Positions 55,601 through 64,000 of a DNA stretch of 64,000 bases are shown here, piece after piece. A model generated the notes under the pieces. That model was not told the origin of the DNA, made no database searches, and saw only the letters and a list, made by a program, of their open reading frames with translations. Position 1 is the stretch's first letter. Each line of letters opens with the position of its first letter. A program made the translations under genes and the position numbers. Source of the stretch: the human T2T-CHM13v2.0 reference genome, Homo sapiens; NCBI RefSeq assembly GCF_009914755.1, contig NC_060926.1. The stretch is one strand, 5' to 3'.

Positions 55601-56299
55601 GAGTCCTCTGTGACTTTATGCTGGGTCTTTCTCAATGTACACACTAACTTGCTGTATATACCTGCATAACAATGTACTGAGAAGCATTCAATCAGTAATG
55701 TGTTTACAAAGCTGTTAGAACCATGCCTGGCATATAGTAAACACTTATTCAGTGTATGCAATTATTGCTATAATGTTTATTTGTTTTAATGAGATATAAT
55801 CTTGCTATACATTAGTCTATAACTTGCTTGTATTACTTAGCATAAGTATTGGATATTCTCTCTTGTTTTCTAATTTACTTATGCATTTAAATATGTCTGT
55901 ACACACATAGAAATCATTTTACATAAATAGGTTCCTGTATGCTTAGAATCTCCTGTTTCCTACAATTTCTATCTTCTTCCCTTTATCCACTCTAATGAAC
56001 ATATTAACAACCTGATCATAATGTGTTTTATGAAATATTATTATTAATCCAACTGTACCTCCAAATTCAACAGAAAAGAAAAAACATTTCCAAGAACAAC
56101 AGCAAAAATCCCACAAACACACTTGCAGACAAGGTCCTTTGGTCATTGTACAATACAATACCTACTTCTGTGCATTTTGCTTTACTTGTTCAAATGTATC
56201 TGATAGAAATAACTCAAAATCAATCAATAGGATTCTATTTTATTATTTTATTGACTATATAGTAGGCAAAGGAGTAAGAGTTTATGTCAAAATTATTTT

Positions 56300-56830
56300 C
56301 TTGATGAGCAGTCACTTCATTTCCAGGTTTTTGCCACCATAAATGGTGCTGCAAAAACATACTCAGATATAAATTTACACATGCTGCTTTTATTGCAAGG
56401 TTAAGGAGCACATCATTTTAAATGTTAATAGATGTTACCAAATTGCTTTTCCAAAAGGCTGTAACGATTCACATTTCTACCATGAGTAAATGAAAGTACT
56501 CTCTTCCCCACATGACTGCCAACAGCAGGTGAATTGGTAGTTGTCACTTTATTTTGCATTTCACTGACTAGTGAGTTTGAAAATCTTTTCATACATTTAT
56601 TGTCCATTTATATTTCCTTTTATGTGAATGGCCTATTCATATCCTTTGTCTGTGTTACTATGAATATATATATAAATATATATATATATATGGCCCTTTA
56701 TCTGTTTATCTGTCATCTGCATTGCAAAATTTTTAACAAATCAAATTTTTTCCTGTTACCTTATTTATTGTATCTTTTGCCATGGAAAAGCTTTATTTAA
56801 AATTTTGATAATTAACTTATTCATATTTTA
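56300..56830 (-). mobile_element. Ancient L1ME-type 3' ORF2 remnant
   Basis: TTTGCATTTCACTGACTAGTGAGTTTGAAAATCTTTTCATACATTTATTGTCCATT. ORF 56425-56607 resembles the L1 C-terminus (KCMKRFSNSLV). Confidence 0.75.
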
Positions 56831-56849
56831 TACTTCTGCCAATTATTAA

Positions 56850-57437
56850 CTTATTGCCTGTCAGCTTCATACCCAACCTTCTAAACTCAGCTCTGTGATC
56901 CTGGAGCTGAAATTGCAATTTCCATTTCTGTTTACCAGTAGGGTCCGTGTTGAGCTCTGGCCACAGTGGGAGCTAAGGGAGATGGCAAGGCTGGAGGAGG
57001 AAGCCAGGACCTGGCCTTTTCTATGTACTCCTTGTCTACTTCCTGTGTGCCTCCAGAGGACTCTTGTGCCTTGATTCTTCATCCCAGCAGCTCTTTTTAT
57101 GGCAGCAGCTAAATCAATTTCAATTTTTGCCAAACTCATAGAACCATTCTCATTGCACCCTCTTCAGAGACACTAACAGCACCTGAGGAGCACCTCATTT
57201 TAGAGGTTTGAGTTTAAGCCCTTCATCTAAGTCTTTTAAGATTTAATAACTCAAACTTTTATTTGGCCCCTCTTCCCTAGGTATTGTAGTTGCTTGGTAC
57301 AGTTACCACCTCTCTGATCCTTTAGTTCTCTCTTTTAACACTTTCAGCTACCTAGTTAGTAATTTTATATATATAATAGTTGTATCTTAAATTATATGTT
57401 TTGGAATAAATGATGTGGTTTCTCTTCAACAGTGATA
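56850..57437 (+). mobile_element. ERVL-class LTR (LTR41-like)
   Basis: GC-richer block with CTCTGTGATCCTGGAGCTG and GGGAGATGGCAAGGCTGGAGGAGG, ending GTGGTTTCTC...TGATA. Family call tentative. Confidence 0.5.
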
Positions 57438-57649
57438 TAATAATTCATAAATTAAGTTGGGTTATTTGTATTTTCTTAGGAAGTAATCTATTTGCTCTGG
57501 ATTTTCAACTTTATTGCCATAGTAATGCTTGTATTTTCTTATTTTATATGCTATTCCTTCTATACATTTTATTTAATCTCTTCTATCATTCTAATGTATA
57601 TATATATATTTCACTTGATTAAAATAACTGGATTATCTATATTATTGGT

Positions 57650-57795
57650 TTTGTGGGTGCATATGTGTATATATGTGTGTGTATGTATATGTGTATGTTG
57701 TGTGTCCATGTATGTGTATGTATCTTTGTGTGTATGTGATTGTGTACTCATGCACGCGTGTCTATGGGTTGATGTTTGTGTATGTATATGTGTGG
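57650..57795. repeat. (TG)/(TA) degenerate low-complexity tract
   Basis: Read directly. Confidence 0.85.
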
Positions 57796-58129
57796 GGTTT
57801 TTTAACAGCCATATAGCACAGCATAATGATAAAAACATTTTGTAGTTGTTAAGAGAGTATAGCTATTAACTTAATGCTCTAGTGCAGAATTCACCAAACT
57901 TTTTCTATAAAAGGCTAGTTTTGCAGGCCTATAGTCTTTGTCTCAACAAATTAACTCTGTGATTGTAATACCAAAGCATCCATAAACAATATATAAATGG
58001 CATGCTCTGGGGTCACTCTCTATTTGAATCTTTGCCCTCTATCCCATGACTTTGCCCAACTAACTTACCTTTTAGTGTCTATATCTCATCTTAAATATCA
58101 CCTTCACTAGGAGCATTCCATGTTTCTCT

Positions 58130-58520
58130 ACTGGATCCTTATTATTTAAGGTGTGGTCTGTGCACAAGGAACGACCATATCACCTGGGAGCTTATGAGAA
58201 ATTCAGAATCTTGGGCTCCATGCAGTAGTGTGTCAGAGTTGGTTCACACTGATTTGTGAAAGCAGAATACGCACAACTCTTCCCAAATCAGAGTTCAGTG
58301 ACATTGAGTTGGTAGCTTGAAATTGTCCACGGAGGGAATATTTATACCATGGCAGTTTGCAAATGCTACAAATGAGAGTGTTTTATTTAAGAAAACAAAA
58401 AAACCTTGTTTCTTGCAGAGCATTGGCTTACCCCAGACCTACTGAATTGGAATCTGCATTTTAATAAGATCTCCAGGGCATTTATATTAATATTAACATT
58501 AAAATTTGAGAAGCACTGCA
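58130..58520. mobile_element. MER5A-like element with a nested MER63A-like element (~58223-58425)
   Basis: MER5 halves ATCACCTGGGAGCTT...CAGAATCTTGGGC and CCCCAGACCTACTGAATTGGAATCTGCATTTTAATAAGATC flank CAGTAGTGTG...TTGGTAGCTTGAAATTG...GCAAATGCTACAAAT. Confidence 0.75.
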
Positions 58521-58774
58521 GTAGATCATTTTTTCCCAAAGTACATGTTAGAATCACATGGCATGCTAATTAAAATACAAAGTCCTGAAACTCATGTGTA
58601 CATAGATTCAGAACCTCTTTAAGTGGAGCCTCAGAAATCCTTTTTCTGTAAAAATATGCGTTATAAACAAGCTTTCTGCTTGGTTCTTAGGCACCCTAAA
58701 ATTTGACAATTATTGTTCTACAATATCTGTGCCCAGGGCATGCTTTGTTTTCTAATTTATAATAGAGCAGAACT

Positions 58775-59160
58775 GTAGAATCATAAAGAATTATTCCCAG
58801 GCCTTGAGACCTACTCACAGAACTTACACAATTTGTATGGCTGAATTTTGGAATTATTATGGACTAATGACCCTTTTATGCCTTCATTTTCCTCCTTTTA
58901 GAACAGGAATGTATACAGTTGTTATTCTGTGCCTGCCCAACAATGTATATTTGGTAATATGGGGTAGATGATTTGTCTATTTTAGTTTCACAGGTCTACA
59001 GATAGAGAGGAATGGAATTTAAGGAGCTACACTTAAACTACGTCCCAGGTGCATCATCCACACCTGGATCTAGTTAGGTAGCCGGTTTCTGGACGTCAGA
59101 TCGTTGCCAATTGGATGAAACTTTTGAGAGGACTTGGGGAGGGGCTGCATGTGGGAGGAC
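58775..59160 (+). mobile_element. MaLR (MLT1) internal-region fragment
   Basis: ATTATTCCCAGGCCTT, ATTCTGTGCCTGCCCAACAATGTATATTTGG, TTTAGTTTCACAGGTCTACAGATAGAGAGGAAT. Confidence 0.6.
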
Positions 59161-59892
59161 TGCTTAAGGACTTTCTAAGTTCCCTCATTTGCTTAATGAT
59201 GGTTTCAGAATCATCAGGGTTGGAGTGTGGGGAGGATGATGAGGTGGAAGGAACTCAAAAGTTCTTAGCACATTGGAAATCTAGCTCAGCACTTTGTAAA
59301 ATAACCATATTTTTAAAGCCAACCCCCTTCATAGCGTTTATCAAAGTCCCTACATTGCTGGGGATCTCACATGTGTAATTCACCTCTTGAGAATTGTGTG
59401 TTTCTCTGGCCGGTTGTTTTTTATCTTTTTTCCCTAGCTCATCACATATAACAGAGAAAGCAGACACACACAGAAACCCCCCCAGAAACCTTTTCTCCAG
59501 TTCAACTACTAACCCTTTCATATGCTCCACATGGAAAAAGAGCTTCAAATTAATCACACGTGTCTATCATACACGGTGACTGGTGTTCACTTTGGAGTGT
59601 GGACTCTGTTGTTGTCAGGCTTAGCTCAAACTTTGGATTTAAATATGCTATTAACTCTAGTAGTGTATTTGACACTTAGTTAATTTTAAGGAAATATTTG
59701 TTGAGCGAAGGAAAGCCACCTATTATAAAACTGAGAATATTTTATATTTCAGGGTTTTTCCTTTCTGAATATGTGTTTTCATCCTATTTTACCAATGATC
59801 TTAAAAATTCATGTATTATAGAAAAAAATGAAAACTTGTATTGGCTTCATAATTTGGGAAGTAAATACTATCATATAAAATATAGATCCTTA

Positions 59893-60033
59893 ATGTGCAT
59901 AAAGTTTCAGTTATGCAAGATGAAAAAGTTTTGGAGATCTGTTGTACAACATTGTATTATGGTAAACAATATACAGTAGAGTTAAACATTTGTTAAGATA
60001 GTACATCTCTTGTGCTTTTTAACCACAATAAAA
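59893..60033 (+). mobile_element. L1MA8/9-type 3' end fragment
   Basis: ATAAAGTTTCAGTTATGCAAGATGAAAAAGTTTTGGAGATCTGTTGTACAACAT...ACCACAATAAAA. Confidence 0.8.
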
Positions 60034-60884
60034 TATTTACAACCCCTCAGAAACCTTGGAAAAATGACTGTTTCTATGGGGGAAAATAAAACCCTATTAA
60101 AAATAATAATAGTATATATATCCTAAAGCAGGCAGTAAAGTCAATAATAATGTAAAACAATTTTCTGAATTTGGGAAAATTGAATTATAGAATGTAATGG
60201 TGAGAATAATTAATTGAATATATAATAGAAAAAGAAGTATTTAAATTTTGACTCTATTTGCTCTGAGATTTCATTCTTATTCCCTTTGGCTTATCAGGGG
60301 CAAGTGAGATTGACTCTGAACTTTAATATTTATTTGTATTGGTATATTAGTGTTTCCCTCTGCCATTATACTATATTTCCTTTGCATTATTTCCAGTGAA
60401 TTTTATGATGCTGGTAGTTTTACATAGAGAGGTTGGTTTTTTTAATGCAAAAAAAAAATGTAGAATTTTTTTCAAGGAAAATGTAATTCTGCCAAGTACT
60501 TTGGTTCATTTGATGCTGCCTGTTTAACTCTGTTCGGCTCAATCACTGTGTTGGACATATTGTGACAAAGGCTCATTTTCATCAAAAGGAATCCCCAGAG
60601 GGTTTGCTGCTTCAATGAAAGGGAATTCATTAAATATAGTCTAATGTAAGGTGATTGGAATATATATATTCCGATACACATATGTATATAATTGCATTTT
60701 AGTCAGTTCTTATGCTACTGGGAGCGTTTTTTTAAACACTCACTTCTAAATGAAGAATGCTGCATGAAAGCTTTTTCTCTTTCTGAAAAACAGCTGGTTT
60801 CTTCAGCAATTCAACCTAGAACAAAGAAATAAAAAATACTACATGCTAAAGCAGATCCGCAGTAAAAATTTTGTAGAGGCAAGG

Positions 60885-61060
60885 CAAAGTAACATTAATA
60901 AATGAAGCTAATTAGGCTTGATTTGCATATTTAACTCATCTTAATTACACAAGGATTCAGCAAACATTTTAAAAGCTGCAATCAATCTTTCACAGATATG
61001 GTTAGTTATTTACATGAAATAACAAAAACTAGGAGCTTTGTTAATGATTACTCTGTTTCT
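60885..61060. promoter_or_regulatory. Candidate enhancer: dense homeodomain/POU/FOX/HNF1-like motifs
   Basis: CTAATTAG 60908-60915, ATTTGCAT 60921-60928, GCAAACA 60960-60966, ATCAAT 60981-60986, and HNF1-like sites at 61001-61013 and 61040-61052. Motif evidence only. Confidence 0.35.
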
Positions 61061-61994
61061 AATTTATATGCCAGTGAGATCATTTCAGTATTAATAATGG
61101 AATATATTTTTTAACAACCTGTAAACCCATAAGGTTAAAATTCCAAAGAATTTTTTCACAAATATGTTTTTGAGAATTTCCAGAATATATGAAATGTTAT
61201 ATAAATTGCTCTATTGTATTAAAATGTTTTACCTTGTTCAAATAAAAAAAGATCTTTATAAAATTCTTTTGACATTAATTTTTAAACTTGGAAACTAAGG
61301 TAGTAGCCATAATAGAGACAAGCAGAATATAGTAGGTGATAAGTAGGAGAATTTTTTCTTGCAGCTGGCATAAACTTTAATTCTGCTCACCCTTGGATAC
61401 AATTTGCTTTCTCATCTTTAATAGTACTTTTGACTGGTCACAGAATTTGAAATTAAATAGGGGGCATAATGACACAATATGATTCTTTTTAATTTCAGTG
61501 TTTTATTTAGATAAATTATTTTGTAAAAATATACGCAGGAATGCTGTCTCTGTGTTGTGATGTGAGGGGCTGGCAGGTGCACTTGAAGTGGCTAAGTACA
61601 GAAGGTTCTGTGGACAAGAACGCAACAGTGCACAAAACTTTATGCTGTGCAGCTGTCAGATGGTTGTGACATTCCATTATTAGGGCTCCATTTCTTAGAT
61701 TTTTCTCTCCATGAGTGTCCTTTTATAACATCAAAAATCTTGACCCTTTTGCTTAAATTACCTTGAAAGGGTGGAGGTCATGTGGTTAGGAAAGGACAGC
61801 TGGTGAAGGGTGCATTTACCAAACTTGCAATGTGTGTGTGTGTGCGTGTGTGTGCATTAGTTTAAAAATATGTATTAAATGCTTCCCACGTGCTAATTCA
61901 TCGTTGTGGTTATAATTATGAAGTGATAAAGACGGTACACTAAATGTCATCTCTGCTATCATAGAGCTTGCAATCTGCATATTATGACTATGTA

Positions 61995-62228
61995 ATTGTT
62001 AACATTTATTGAGTACTTGCTTTGTCACGGGCAGCAATCAAAGCACTTTACACCAATTCACTTGTTAAATCCCCAAAATGGCACTATCATGTAGATACTA
62101 TATTATTTCTATTTTACAGATGAGAAAACTGAGGCTTAGAGTGTTCCAAGGGCACAGTAAGCAGCAAAGCCCAAATTCAGACCCAAGTAGTTTCGCTCCA
62201 GACACTGTGCTTTTAATCATTACATTAT
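61995..62228 (-). mobile_element. MIR
   Basis: AACATTTATTGAGTACTT...ATTTTACAGATGAGAAAACTGAGGCTTAGAG. Confidence 0.85.
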
Positions 62229-62462
62229 ATGCTTGTATGATATCCAAGTCTGTTTAGATATGTATTCAAATATGTAAAATATACAACTTTTCATTTTGAG
62301 ACTGCATATAAGCCCAAAATATATTCATGCAATATAGGTACAATACAATAAATAGTATAAAATAATGTCACAGTTTACCTTTTGCAACCAGTTAATGTTC
62401 TAATGGCTATTGTATTCCTAAGACATTTTATGAGTAGTAGAATAAAGATATCTGTAGCTCTT

Positions 62463-62845
62463 TGCAAGGGGTTGAATTGTGTCCCCTTAAATCCATATGT
62501 TGATGTCTTAATCCTCAGTATCTTGGAAGGTGACTGTATTTGGAGATAAGGTCTATAAAGAGATAATTAAAATTAAATGAAGTCATCAGGTTGGGCCCAA
62601 ATGCAATATGACTAGTGTCCTCATAAAGAGATTAGGACACAGATAGACACAGATGAAAGGCCATATGAACATATAGGGGGATGACAGCCATCTACAAGCC
62701 AAGTGGAAGGACTCATAATGAAGCCAACCCTGCCTACACTTTGAGCTTGGATTTCTAGCCTCTACAACTGTGAAGAAATAAATCTCTTTCGTTTAAGCCA
62801 CCCAGTCTGTGCCACTTTGTTATGGTAGCTTTAGCAAACTAGTAT
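62463..62845 (+). mobile_element. MLT1B-type MaLR solo LTR
   Basis: GGGTTGAATTGTGTCCCC...TGACTGTATTTGGAGATAAGGTCT...GTTTAAGCCACCCAGTCTGTG...GCAAACTAGTATA. Confidence 0.88.
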
Positions 62846-62854
62846 AAACTTAAT

Positions 62855-63420
62855 TGTGTCTAAGGATGAGAACACCACTCAATATCTGAAACCAAAAAGC
62901 TGAATGTATAATACACTTAAGTGTGGAAGAATTATACTGGTCAGAGTTACCCATTGAGCAAATCCAATTGCTGATTTTATATCCAGTTTTTGTGAAGAGT
63001 TTACTTTGGATTGTGCTGGTTACAGAGGCAGGAGTTGGTTGAAGTCAGTTTTAGAAAAGTAGCTTCTATTGGTCAATGAGACTTTTTTTTTGCCAGTTAC
63101 AGAAGTAGAAAAAAGTTGATAATAGCATTAGAAACATGTTCACTGTAGTGAATCCTGAACCAGTTGGCTGACTTTCAAGTCGTGTCTGTTGTTATTTGAC
63201 TTTTACAGGAGTGCTCACTGAAGTTACTTGTCATTGATTAATTAGATAGGTTTAAAACCCACTCTGATTGTTTACTTGTAAGCAGGGCTGTAGAACTGTT
63301 GCTAATTGATTAGATGAGTTTATAACTAGTTCTGGTGCTTGTGAGCATGGATAGAGAACACTGAGTCTTTTCCTGGGAGAGTGGTGACTTTTAAAATTCT
63401 CAGCAGCCAACAAAAATTAA
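62855..63420. mobile_element. Possible ancient LTR fragment with repeated ATTGG/GTTGG-like units
   Basis: Recurrent short units, including ATTAATTAGATAGGTTTAAAAC and AATTGATTAGATGAGTTTATAAC. Family not recognised. Confidence 0.35.
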
Positions 63421-64000
63421 TAGGTATAACAAGGAATAGAGAAAAAGCTACAAATTAATCTATAAATAACAATATCCCTTACTTGTGTAGGCATTATGTT
63501 AATTGCTTTACATAAATTTCTCCCACTGTAAATGGAGATTTAAAATATTACTAATTTCCTATGGTAGAGATGAAAAGAATTGCTATACGCAAAGTACTTA
63601 GTAAAGTGTTTATACGAATAAGAGATAGTATCAATAATTTTCCAATAAGCTGAGTTTTAAACTCTGCAACTTCACTCAAATATCACATTCTTAACCACCA
63701 CAATAATAATAAAATGCATATATATTATGGTTTCATTTATATGAACTAAGGTAGATACATGAGACAGTGAGGAAAGGGGATTGTATATGTATGAACTAGT
63801 CCATGAAATATACAACAAACATGATTTATGGTAGTTGCCTCTGGAGGTGGCCTAAAATGGGAGACTAACTTTTCATTGGAGAGTGTTTTGTAATATTTGA
63901 CTTTACAACCATATTTTTATATTTCCTTTCTCAATAAAATATAGTTAATAAAAATTGTAGGGATGTTTTTACTAAGAAGGGCATGAGAGAATGTTTTGGA

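Noticed and set aside
59875-60125. Possible second 3' transduction after the L1MA8/9 end
   Set aside because: The putative TSD (ATATAGATCCT/ATATATATCCT) is AT-rich and imperfect, so the support is too weak.

Overview
AT-rich, CpG-depleted primate genomic DNA, most likely human or hominoid (AluY and L1PA4-like elements are present). It looks intronic or intergenic. I found no protein-coding gene, RNA gene or CpG island that I can support. Every long ORF in the track is a remnant of L1 ORF2, Tigger1 transposase, Alu or microsatellite, or is a chance ORF. Most of the window is fossil transposons: L1, HAL1, L2, Alu, MIR, MaLR/ERV LTRs, Tigger1, MADE1 and MER DNA elements. Family names come from recalled consensus sequences and were not checked with RepeatMasker. 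Four structures are not explained by routine annotation. (1) Two diverged copies of a ~270-bp element lie ~1.12 kb apart (16465-16743, 17605-17860). They share collinear motif blocks and may be duplicated minus-strand promoters/first exons. (2) A TSD-bounded L1 3' transduction carries an LTR8-family fragment cut at the LTR's own poly(A) site (3918-4852). (3) A recent, nearly perfect ~220-bp inverted duplication with templated junction scars sits inside an ancient L1 (38641-39548). (4) An L1PA4-like element is 5'-inverted by twin priming (2700-3791). A few repeat-free motif clusters are candidate enhancers.
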